DNA of 29,094 nt from an uncultured archaeon (GCA_964591795.1 CAZQEL010000003.1:22184-51277); one strand, 5' to 3'; counted from the stretch's first letter, positions 15,999 to 24,120 are shown. Notes: generated from the sequence alone by a model not told the origin. Program-made: numbers and translations.

Positions 15999-18026
15999 AT
16001 GATTTTTCCGTCTTTAAAAATAACAAAAGATATTACAGATAAAGTTGATAAACTTAAAAAGATAGAAAATACTAGAAATGTTGACGAAGAAAAAATTTTT
16101 GAAGATTATTCTAATGAACTTATAACTAAAAAAAATGTAATTCTTAAACTTAAAAAAAAAAAAATACTTCATGATTCCAAAAAATTAGATATTAAAGCAA
16201 TTAATGCTTTAGTTGAAGCAAACAATACTTTTTCTAAATTTTCTAATTCATTGGAACTTAAAAAAATACCATTATTTGAGGTTTCAAAAAGATCACAAGT
16301 AAACAAATTTTTTAAAGATTTATTTTCTAAAAAACAAGAAATTAAACCACAAGTAATAGTTAAACCAATTCCAAAAAAAACTACAGCTATTACTCCATTA
16401 AAAGAAAAAACAATTACTCCAGTTATAGAGAAAAAAGAACATAAAAAAAGTATTTTTAATAAATTATTTAAAAAAAAGAAAGAAGTAGTTAAAACAGAAA
16501 AAGTTATAAAACAAGAAATAAGCCCTGTTTTTGAACCACCGAAAGAACTTTTACCTGAAAACTATCAAGTTTTAATACATGGCTTTGCATATGCGTTCAT
16601 TAAAGAAAATGATCAAGGAAGAACTTATGTTGTTGCAGAACCAGAACTTACAAAGGAAGAAGAAGAAATTCTAAAACAAACAAGAGATACTTTAATAAAT
16701 AAAATATCACTTGCAGACCTTGGTAATGATAGTCAGATGTATGATTTAATTGATAAAATATTTTTAAGAAATAAAATTAAATTAAACAAAGATCAAAAAT
16801 CAAAAATTGTTTATTATATTATAAGACAAGTAAGTGGACTGGATAAAATAGAACCACTTATGCATGACCCATTAATTGAAGATATTGAATGTGATGGTAT
16901 AGGTATACCAATATTTATTGTGCACAGAAAATACGGGCACATTGTAACAAATATTATGCTTAATAGTGAAAACGAATTACAACAATTTGTAATTAAAATG
17001 GCTCATCTATGTAAAAGTTATGTTTCATACGCATCCCCACTTTTAGATGCTATACTACCAGACGGATCTCGTGTAAATGCGATTTTAACCTCAAACGTTT
17101 CAACTAGAGGACCTACATTTACAATAAGAAAATTCCCTCAAAAACCTCTTACTACTGTTGACTTAGTTAACTCAAAAACTATAACTTCTGAAATTGTAGC
17201 ATATCTTTGGACACTTATAGAATTTAAAAAAAATATGGTATTAATAGGACCAACAGCTGGTGGTAAAACCACACTTTTAAATGTGATTTCGTCATTTATT
17301 CCTAATGCTCAAAGAGTAGTATCAATTGAAGACACTAGAGAAATTAATCTTTTACTTGATAATTGGATACCTCAAATTACAAGACCTGGTTTTGGACCAC
17401 CTGATAGTAATGGTAAAAGATATGGTGAAGTTACAATGAATGATCTTTTAAAAGAATCATTCAGACAAAGACCTGATTACTTAATTATCGGTGAAGTAAG
17501 AGGAGAAGAAATGGCTCTTATGTTCCAAGGTATGGCTTCTGGACACTGTTCTTTATCAACAATTCACTCAAAGAGTGTTGAAAATTTATTAACAAGAATT
17601 ACAACTCCACCAATTTCACTTGATCCATCACTTTTAACTACACTTGATATTGTTATTATTACTGGTTTCTCTGGAATGGGTGAGGGGAAAAGAGAAATTA
17701 AAGAAATTGATGAAATAAAAGGATTTAATCAAAAAGAAAATAAAATAGAATACAATGCTATTTATAAATCATCAGATAAATTTAAAGAAAAAAGTAAAAC
17801 TTCAGAAAGTGATCTTTTCCAAAAAGAAATGCCACTTGTATATCATAGTGAAGTTTTAAAAGAAATTTGTGTAGAACAAAATATTTCAAAGGATAAAATG
17901 TCAGAAATAATTATACAAAGAACAAAATATTTAGAAGATTTAATAAAAAATCCACCTAAAGACTATATTGAGTTTAATAAATCACTTAGAAATTATAAAA
18001 GAAAAGAAAACTTTAAAATTAATTAA
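15999..18026 (+). CDS. FlaI/PilB/VirB11-type secretion ATPase (type IV filament assembly ATPase) with a Lys-rich N-terminal extension of about 185 aa
   Basis: Walker A GPTAGGKTT, Asp box VSIEDTREI, Walker B PDYLIIGEVRGEE, His box ASGHCSLSTIHS. The FlaI-like N-domain starts near YQVLIHGFAYAFIKENDQGRTYVVAEPELT. The C-terminal helical region is as in archaeal FlaI/PilB. Confidence 0.9.
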   Translation: MIFPSLKITKDITDKVDKLKKIENTRNVDEEKIFEDYSNELITKKNVILKLKKKKILHDSKKLDIKAINALVEANNTFSKFSNSLELKKIPLFEVSKRSQVNKFFKDLFSKKQEIKPQVIVKPIPKKTTAITPLKEKTITPVIEKKEHKKSIFNKLFKKKKEVVKTEKVIKQEISPVFEPPKELLPENYQVLIHGFAYAFIKENDQGRTYVVAEPELTKEEEEILKQTRDTLINKISLADLGNDSQMYDLIDKIFLRNKIKLNKDQKSKIVYYIIRQVSGLDKIEPLMHDPLIEDIECDGIGIPIFIVHRKYGHIVTNIMLNSENELQQFVIKMAHLCKSYVSYASPLLDAILPDGSRVNAILTSNVSTRGPTFTIRKFPQKPLTTVDLVNSKTITSEIVAYLWTLIEFKKNMVLIGPTAGGKTTLLNVISSFIPNAQRVVSIEDTREINLLLDNWIPQITRPGFGPPDSNGKRYGEVTMNDLLKESFRQRPDYLIIGEVRGEEMALMFQGMASGHCSLSTIHSKSVENLLTRITTPPISLDPSLLTTLDIVIITGFSGMGEGKREIKEIDEIKGFNQKENKIEYNAIYKSSDKFKEKSKTSESDLFQKEMPLVYHSEVLKEICVEQNISKDKMSEIIIQRTKYLEDLIKNPPKDYIEFNKSLRNYKRKENFKIN

Positions 18027-19333
18027 AAAGGATCATCATATTTTAAAAAATCATCATTCTTTTTCTTTAAACTTTTTTTCTTATAACTATTTTTCTTATT
18101 TCCCTTTTTTTTAATAAATATCAATAAAATAATAAGTATTAAAATTATAAAACCAATAAAAATATAATTGAACCAATTTGTTTGAACAGGAATTTCAGTA
18201 AATCCAGAATCAATTATTGTTTTTGCTTTTAATTTAATAGTATTAAGTTTTAAAATAGCTTGAGAGTATTCTGCTTTTGAAAAATTAGAGTTCATTTCAG
18301 TATATAATTTTTGAACTGCCATTACTTCATCTTGTTCTTTCCAATAGGATTTATTTTCAGGATCTAAAATAGTTGTAATTGCAGAATCAACATTTGAATA
18401 ATTAGGTAAAGATGAATCATATGTTTCAAGAACATTTTTATATAAAACATAATCTTTTCTTAAAATTAAATTATCAATATATATTTTTATTTTCTGATTA
18501 CCAATATTTCCCTTAAGATTATTTGAAAGATTAGTGTAGAATGCACTGGTTGAAGAAAGACTTTCATAAATATAACTTACTTGTGAATTAAGTGATTGTG
18601 ATGGAGATGCAACAGACACAATTCCTGCAATCTCTTGAGAGGGTATACTCCCATCAGCAACAAGTGCTGTTATTAATAAATCAGATGTTTGAATATAATC
18701 TGAAGTTGCTTGAGTAATTTGATCATATCTTTTAAAAGAAGAATCAAAAGATATTAACAAACTTTCAGATTTATCACAATCAGGATTAGATAAATAACTA
18801 TTTTGATTACTGTATAAATCTGTTAAATTATCTTGAATCTCAGTTAAATAGGTTATTAAAATATTCAAATTATTTTCTGTCAAAGTAATTTGAGTATTTA
18901 CATTTGAAGAATATTTTTTTAAAGATAATCCCTTTAACTGTGCTTTTTTGGAATTAAGAGAATTAATTAAAGTACTTGTTTTATCAATTAACTGCAAAGA
19001 CAAATAATTACTTGAATTAGAATTAATTAAATCCTTTAATAAAAATTCAGATTTAACTAACTTAATATTAAAAGAATCAGTTTTACTTATAAAAACTTCA
19101 GATGATAATGAGGACACAGGAATAAACAATACTGCTTCTCCAATTGAATTAACTATTGGGATTACAAAATAATCTAGTTTTTCACATGAAATCATTGGTT
19201 GAGTATATGAATCAATCATTTCGTTTTCAGAAATATAATTTTTAGAAATATCTTGAGCTCCAAATAAGGATAAACCTAACAATGAAGAAGACAATAATAC
19301 CATAAAACTTAAAATTAAAAATATTTTTTTCAT
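18023..19333 (-). CDS. Secreted, C-terminally anchored Ser/Asn-rich surface protein
   Basis: The track start (19399) is a TTG inside the upstream gene. The ATG at 19333 gives MKKIFLILSFMVLLSSSLLGLSLFGAQD, a signal peptide. The C-terminal TM NYIFIGFIILILIILLIFI is followed by a Lys-rich tail. Many sequons. Confidence 0.55.
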   Translation of the reverse strand: MKKIFLILSFMVLLSSSLLGLSLFGAQDISKNYISENEMIDSYTQPMISCEKLDYFVIPIVNSIGEAVLFIPVSSLSSEVFISKTDSFNIKLVKSEFLLKDLINSNSSNYLSLQLIDKTSTLINSLNSKKAQLKGLSLKKYSSNVNTQITLTENNLNILITYLTEIQDNLTDLYSNQNSYLSNPDCDKSESLLISFDSSFKRYDQITQATSDYIQTSDLLITALVADGSIPSQEIAGIVSVASPSQSLNSQVSYIYESLSSTSAFYTNLSNNLKGNIGNQKIKIYIDNLILRKDYVLYKNVLETYDSSLPNYSNVDSAITTILDPENKSYWKEQDEVMAVQKLYTEMNSNFSKAEYSQAILKLNTIKLKAKTIIDSGFTEIPVQTNWFNYIFIGFIILILIILLIFIKKKGNKKNSYKKKSLKKKNDDFLKYDDPF

Positions 19334-19337
19334 AAAA

Positions 19338-20309
19338 TTAACCTGTTTGTTCTTTTTTATAAAACAATTTATAGAATAAATAAACATATAAAAGTCCAAA
19401 TAATGAAAACGAAATTGAAAAATAAATTTGTGCCATTGATGCCATTATTAAAGCATAAAACAAAGCAAAAAATTGATTTACAATTACCATTAAAGGCATA
19501 TTTGAAATTGCACTTAAAACTTGATTTTTAACTTCCACAGAATCTAAATTTGCATAAATTTTTTTAATATCATCTTTTGTTGTTTTTTGTGAAAGATTTT
19601 GCTTTAAATCATCCATATAATCTAAATATTTATAGACTACTGGATCTTGAATGGATTTTAGTGCTTCGTATTCCTGAGCATCAATTATAAAAGTTACAGC
19701 TGAAACAGTACTTGCTTTACCTATACTATAAGAAGTACCTAACCATTCTCCAAGATTATCACCAATAAAAACATTTACAATTCCAGCTTGCATTTTTTGA
19801 GCATAACCGTGCTGACTTGGTAAAATTACTAATAATATTACTAAAAATAAAGAAACTGTTAAAAGAAGACTTATTTTTGAGTTTGCATAGTTTGATAAAG
19901 AAAATAAGTTATCCCTAATTTTAAACTTATTATAAGTTAAAACTGATAAAATCAAATGAGCTATTAAATAAAATACAGCAAACAATAAAAAATTAAGTGA
20001 AAAACCAAACAAAATAAAAGATAGCATAAAACCAGCTAACATACCTATAAAAACCTCTATTAAATCAGTTTGTTTGTCTTTTCCTATAGACAATGCGATA
20101 CAAATAGACGAGGTTATTGGAAAAAACAATAATAACAACAAGAAATCTAGAGTAAGGAATGTATTTACAATAGTAGGTAAATCAAAAATAATTAAAGCTT
20201 TTAATGAAATATGTGAAGCTGTATAAAAATACATCCAAATTAATATAGAAAATGCAATTAAAGCTATTTTTAATAAGCCCTTTTTTGTAAAAGCAGCACT
20301 ATAACTCAT
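19338..20309 (-). CDS. Polytopic membrane protein, unknown function
   Basis: About 323 aa with about 6 N-terminal hydrophobic helices, a soluble loop of about 110 aa and 2 C-terminal helices. The track start at 20312 is a TTG, and the ATG follows immediately at 20309. It overlaps the map stop by 11 nt. Confidence 0.55.
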   Translation of the reverse strand: MSYSAAFTKKGLLKIALIAFSILIWMYFYTASHISLKALIIFDLPTIVNTFLTLDFLLLLLFFPITSSICIALSIGKDKQTDLIEVFIGMLAGFMLSFILFGFSLNFLLFAVFYLIAHLILSVLTYNKFKIRDNLFSLSNYANSKISLLLTVSLFLVILLVILPSQHGYAQKMQAGIVNVFIGDNLGEWLGTSYSIGKASTVSAVTFIIDAQEYEALKSIQDPVVYKYLDYMDDLKQNLSQKTTKDDIKKIYANLDSVEVKNQVLSAISNMPLMVIVNQFFALFYALIMASMAQIYFSISFSLFGLLYVYLFYKLFYKKEQTG

Positions 20310-21219
20310 CAATATTCACCAAATCTAAAAAACCTTCCTTTTCATCAATAATAAAAGTGGTTTCAGCTTGAGATATATAACTACCTTTTCTATCTATTAA
20401 TACAGGAAAGCTTGAAATTATTTCATTTTTTAAAAGTTCACGTAAAGCATATCTTCTTTGAAAAGTAGATAATGATTTACCAATCCAGTATTCAGAAAAT
20501 GGCATTCCATTATATTTTTTAATTTCATCTAAAAGAATTTTTGCATCTTTATTTCTAATTGGCTTATCTTCTATATGTTGAAAAATCAATATTTTTTCAC
20601 CTTCATTTACAAATCCAGTTCCAGTTGTTACAAATGGTTCAATTGCAAATGGAAGACCAATATCTTTAAAATAAATATCAGAATTATTTTTTGTATTTAA
20701 AATTGCAGGTGATACATGAGGTTCATATCTTTCAATGGCATGACCTGTTAAATTAATTACTGGTTTAAAACCACGAGAAGTAATTTCATTCTCAATAATT
20801 TCACCAATATCAGAAATTTTTGCAGTTTTATAATTATCAATTAAATATTTTTTAGCAACTAAAAGAGCCTTTAAACTAGCTTCTTTTAAAGGTTCATGTT
20901 TTTTATTAAATATTATTGTTTGAGCTGAATCAGAAATATATCCATCAATGGATACACCAATATCAACTTTTAAAACATCGTCTTCTTGTAAAATAATTGG
21001 ATTTTCTAAATCATAGGTATTATGAGCAGCCTCATTGTTTATTGATAAATTAACTGGCCATGCAGGTACTGCACCATTATCTAAAACAAACTTATCAATT
21101 TCAACACCTACTCTTGATAAATCACAACCAACTTTAATTTTGCTTTTTGCAAATTTATGTGCTTTAAAACCAAGCTTACCTGCTTTTTTTAAAAGATTTA
21201 AATCGTATAATTCAGACAT
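20299..21219 (-). CDS. map: Methionine aminopeptidase, type 2 (archaeal)
   Basis: WPVNLSINNEAAHNTYD, DDVLKVDIGVSIDGYISDSAQT, LTGHAIERYEPH and AIEPFVTTG show the metal-ligand motif order of archaeal MetAP2. Confidence 0.9.
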   Translation of the reverse strand: MSELYDLNLLKKAGKLGFKAHKFAKSKIKVGCDLSRVGVEIDKFVLDNGAVPAWPVNLSINNEAAHNTYDLENPIILQEDDVLKVDIGVSIDGYISDSAQTIIFNKKHEPLKEASLKALLVAKKYLIDNYKTAKISDIGEIIENEITSRGFKPVINLTGHAIERYEPHVSPAILNTKNNSDIYFKDIGLPFAIEPFVTTGTGFVNEGEKILIFQHIEDKPIRNKDAKILLDEIKKYNGMPFSEYWIGKSLSTFQRRYALRELLKNEIISSFPVLIDRKGSYISQAETTFIIDEKEGFLDLVNIDEL

Positions 21220-21225
21220 TAATTA

Positions 21226-21717
21226 TCATTTTTTTGATTTTTTATTATTTTTTGTAGATATAAAGAACAATGCTACCAAAGCAATTAAAATTCCAGAAAA
21301 AATAGGAACATCACTTACAGGTACCTTATCAGTTGATCTTATTACTGTAAAATATTTACTATAAAGATCATTTGAAGGATTATCATCGGTAGTAGTTATT
21401 TTTGCTCTGATTAAATAAGGTTGACTTGATTGATTTAAGTTAACATCTAAAACTCGTATATTTTCGCCTTGAGACAAACTTGTTATTGATCCAGTAAAAG
21501 CCATTACACCTGAAGGTGCATAAATATTCACATCAACATTTACATTGCCAATTCCTGAAATTATGAAATTTGCATTTAAATCTTGACCAGCTCTTACAGT
21601 ATTTGGTAAAATTATATCTGTTAATGCAGAATCAGAATAAGCATAAACTATATTAGATAAAATTAATACTGCCATAAATAAAAATATACTAAATAATATT
21701 TTATAATTGTTTTTCAA
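21226..21717 (-). CDS. Small surface protein: signal peptide, one CARDB/Ig-like domain, and a C-terminal PGF-CTERM-like anchor
   Basis: TTG start preceded by AAAGGTGGAT. Signal peptide ILFSIFLFMAVLILSNIVYAYS. A beta domain of about 100 aa ends ...TTTDDNPSNDLY (CARDB-like E/D-x-N-x-x-N-N ending). The tail is VPIFSGILIALVALFFISTKNNKKSKK. Confidence 0.55.
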   Translation of the reverse strand: MKNNYKILFSIFLFMAVLILSNIVYAYSDSALTDIILPNTVRAGQDLNANFIISGIGNVNVDVNIYAPSGVMAFTGSITSLSQGENIRVLDVNLNQSSQPYLIRAKITTTDDNPSNDLYSKYFTVIRSTDKVPVSDVPIFSGILIALVALFFISTKNNKKSKK

Positions 21718-21829
21718 GATAATCCACCTTTTTCACACCTATATATATTTAAGAAAACTAATAAATATATAGGAGTTAAGTAATAAAAAGCTTTTTATTT
21801 AAAAAAAAAAGAAAACAAGAAGAAAAGAT

Positions 21830-22300
21830 TCATTTTAATTTTGAATCGTATTCTCCAGCATTTAATTTAACTAAAATTTCTTTTGTAGGAAGTCCATCAA
21901 CATTAATTCCCATTGATCTACAAGAACCTAAAATTTCTTTAACAGATGATTTTTTAGATTTTGAAATAAGTTGAAAATATTTAGCGTTTGTTATTTTTAA
22001 CACTTGATCAAATGTTAAATTCCCAGCTACATCAACGTTAACCTTTGCAGCACCCTTCTTGATTTTAAGTTCTTTTTTTATCAAAGCACTTGTTTGAGGA
22101 TAACCTAATTCAATAGTAAATTTTTTCTTTGAATCAATATGTATTTTTAATGGGATTTCAATTCCTTCAAGATGTTTTGTAACCTCATTAATTTTGTTTA
22201 CAACTTCCATTGTATTAACTCCTAAAGGACCTAATGCAGGACCAATTGGAGGACCAGCGTTTGCTTTTCCAGCTTCAACTAAAACTTTTATTGTTGGCAT
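21830..22300 (-). CDS. rpl11: Ribosomal protein uL11
   Basis: MPTIKVLVEAGKANAGPPIGPALGPLGVN... is the canonical uL11 N-terminal domain. GAGTGAT Shine-Dalgarno lies upstream. Confidence 0.95.
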   Translation of the reverse strand: MPTIKVLVEAGKANAGPPIGPALGPLGVNTMEVVNKINEVTKHLEGIEIPLKIHIDSKKKFTIELGYPQTSALIKKELKIKKGAAKVNVDVAGNLTFDQVLKITNAKYFQLISKSKKSSVKEILGSCRSMGINVDGLPTKEILVKLNAGEYDSKLK

Positions 22301-22327
22301 ATTCTATCACTCTTTTTTATATTTTCC

Positions 22328-22765
22328 TTAATTTAATAATTTTATATTTTCTGCTTTTATTGTAATTGGAATCTTTACACTAGCATCGAAAAGCTCAATA
22401 ATTACTTCTTCCTTTGCAATATTAATTCTAATTACTTTAGCACGAAAACCTTTAAATGGACCAAGTATAATTTCAACAGTTTGTCCAGATTTAATTGAAC
22501 TCATTAATGGTCTTGATTCTAAAACTCCAGCAATTTCTTTAATATCTATATTTCCTTCAACAATTTTTCCACCTTTAATATGAGGTACATTATGAACTAA
22601 AATTTCAACTGTTTTTTTAGAATCAGCTTCAACTAAAAGATAACCTTTAAGGTCAGCCATTTCAACAATAGAATAAACTTCTAATTCATCTTGTCTTGCT
22701 TTATTTGCTAAAAGATCCATTATAACCTTTTCTTGACCAACTGTGGTTCTTATTGTAAAAATCAT
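22328..22765 (-). CDS. spt5: Transcription elongation factor Spt5 (archaeal NusG)
   Basis: 145 aa. NGN domain (IFTIRTTVGQEKVIMDLL...GYLLVEA) plus KOW motif (GQTVEIILGPFKGFRAKVIRI). It occupies the conserved position between secE and rpl11. Confidence 0.9.
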   Translation of the reverse strand: MIFTIRTTVGQEKVIMDLLANKARQDELEVYSIVEMADLKGYLLVEADSKKTVEILVHNVPHIKGGKIVEGNIDIKEIAGVLESRPLMSSIKSGQTVEIILGPFKGFRAKVIRINIAKEEVIIELFDASVKIPITIKAENIKLLN

Positions 22766-22790
22766 ATTTATTTCCTATTGTACTATTTTT

Positions 22791-22967
22791 TTAAAAAAAG
22801 CTTCCAATTAATTTTATAAGATATCCAATAACCCCAATTAAAACTATACCAATAGCAATAATTTTAGCCATTAATAAAAATTCTTTTCTTGTGGGTTTCT
22901 GAGAAATATTTAAAATCCTTCTTGAGGATGTTAAAAAATTTTTAAAATTTTCTATTATTTTTGTCAT
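22791..22967 (-). CDS. secE: Preprotein translocase subunit SecE (Sec61gamma)
   Basis: Hand-translated 58-aa ORF missing from the track: MTKIIENFKNFLTSSRRILNISQKPTRKEFLLMAKIIAIGIVLIGVIGYLIKLIGSFF. It has the KPtR.EF motif followed by a single TM helix, and it lies between ftsZ and spt5. Confidence 0.85.
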   Translation of the reverse strand: MTKIIENFKNFLTSSRRILNISQKPTRKEFLLMAKIIAIGIVLIGVIGYLIKLIGSFF

Positions 22968-22984
22968 AACTATTCACTTTTATT

Positions 22985-24037
22985 TTAAACACTATCAATG
23001 TCTAAATCCATTGCCTTGTTTTCTAAAGCTTCATATCCTTCTTCTAAATAAGGAATATTAGCTCCAGCAATAACAACCATTACTTTTACTTTTTTATTTG
23101 CAAGATCGTCATCAATCATTGCACCCCATATAATATGAGCATCTTCATTTATTTTTGAAGCAACAGTATCCACTATTAATTCAGATTCTTTAATTGTTAA
23201 ATCAGAACCACCAATAACATTAACTAATGCTCTTTTTGAACTTGAAATATCAACATCTAAAAAAGGTGAAGTTAATGCATTTTCAATAGCTTCCATTGCT
23301 CTTGCATCATTTCCTTTTTCTAAATTTGATTCTCCAACACCAATCATTGCCATTCCTCCTTTTGAAAGAATAGTTCTAAGATCAGCAAAATCAAGATTAA
23401 TTATTCCAGCCTTTGTTATAAGCTCAATAATTCCTTTAACAGCTTCAGTTAAAATTTGATCTACTTCTTGAAAAGCTACATTTAATGGTAAATCAGGTGC
23501 TATTTCTAAAATTTTATCATTTGGTATAATTATTAAAGTATCCACTTCTTTTTTTAATTTATCAAGACCAGCTAAAGCATTTTCAATTCTTTTTTTACCC
23601 TCTACAGCAAATGGTAAAGTTGCAACACCAATTGTTAATGAACCTTGTTCTCTTGCAAATCTAGCTATTACAGGCGCAGCACCAGTTCCAGTTCCACCAC
23701 CTAAACCACAAGTTACAAAAACTAAATCTTTTCCTTTAATTATATTTATAAGTTCGTCTTTTGATTCTTCAGCAGCAGCAGTACCAACATCTGGGTTTGA
23801 ACCAGCTCCAAGGCCTTTTGTAGTTTTTTTACCAATTAATACTTTTTTATCAGAATTAACTCTTATTAAAGCTTGAGCATCTGTGTTTAAAGCAATTGTA
23901 AAAGCACCTTCTATACCAACACTTGTTATTCTTTCAATGGTATTATTTCCACTTCCACCAACACCAATAACACAAATTTTAGGTAAAGATGCATTTAAAA
24001 ATTCTTCCAATTCTAAATTTTCTTGATTTTTGTCCAA
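22985..24037 (-). CDS. ftsZ: Cell division GTPase FtsZ (start re-assigned to in-frame TTG 24037, or GTG 24046)
   Basis: ICVIGVGGSGNNTI, tubulin signature GLGGGTGTGAAPVIA, and NLDFADLRTIL. The first 93 codons of the 443-aa track ORF are hydrophobic antisense-type sequence overlapping the divergent gene at 24156. TAGGAGTGA Shine-Dalgarno precedes the TTG by about 7 nt. Confidence 0.88.
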   Translation of the reverse strand: MDKNQENLELEEFLNASLPKICVIGVGGSGNNTIERITSVGIEGAFTIALNTDAQALIRVNSDKKVLIGKKTTKGLGAGSNPDVGTAAAEESKDELINIIKGKDLVFVTCGLGGGTGTGAAPVIARFAREQGSLTIGVATLPFAVEGKKRIENALAGLDKLKKEVDTLIIIPNDKILEIAPDLPLNVAFQEVDQILTEAVKGIIELITKAGIINLDFADLRTILSKGGMAMIGVGESNLEKGNDARAMEAIENALTSPFLDVDISSSKRALVNVIGGSDLTIKESELIVDTVASKINEDAHIIWGAMIDDDLANKKVKVMVVIAGANIPYLEEGYEALENKAMDLDIDSV

Positions 24038-24107
24038 AACATTCACTCCTACAAAATAAAATAATCGTATAAAAATAAGTATAATAATATATATTATAGT
24101 GAAGAAA

Positions 24108-24120
24108 CATTTAAATATAA
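24108..24120 (+). promoter_or_regulatory. TATA-like element CATTTAAATATAA in the ftsZ / e2b2 divergent intergenic region
   Basis: TTTAAATA lies about 40 nt upstream of the 24156 ATG, with a GAGGGAT Shine-Dalgarno in between. The element is nearly palindromic and could serve either direction. Sequence reading only. Confidence 0.35.

Noticed and set aside
15985-16000. CTGATGA upstream of the ATPase start, a possible C box of a C/D box sRNA (of interest given nop5/fibrillarin in the window)
   Set aside because: No matching D box (CUGA) with terminal stem or C'/D' arrangement lies within 50-70 nt. The position is the ATPase translation-initiation region. A single 6-mer is not evidence.
19334-19399. 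Upstream TTG-initiated extensions of track ORFs (19399, and likewise 2939, 7650, 20312, and GTG 15080)
   Set aside because: In each case an ATG lies a few codons downstream. The ATG has a better Shine-Dalgarno or leader context, removes overlap with a neighbour, or yields a proper signal peptide. The extensions are artefacts of longest-ORF calling.
21035-21364. 109-aa plus-strand ORF spanning the map start and the end of the 163-aa gene
   Set aside because: It overlaps two well-supported minus-strand genes, including the conserved MetAP N-terminus. It has no recognisable motifs.
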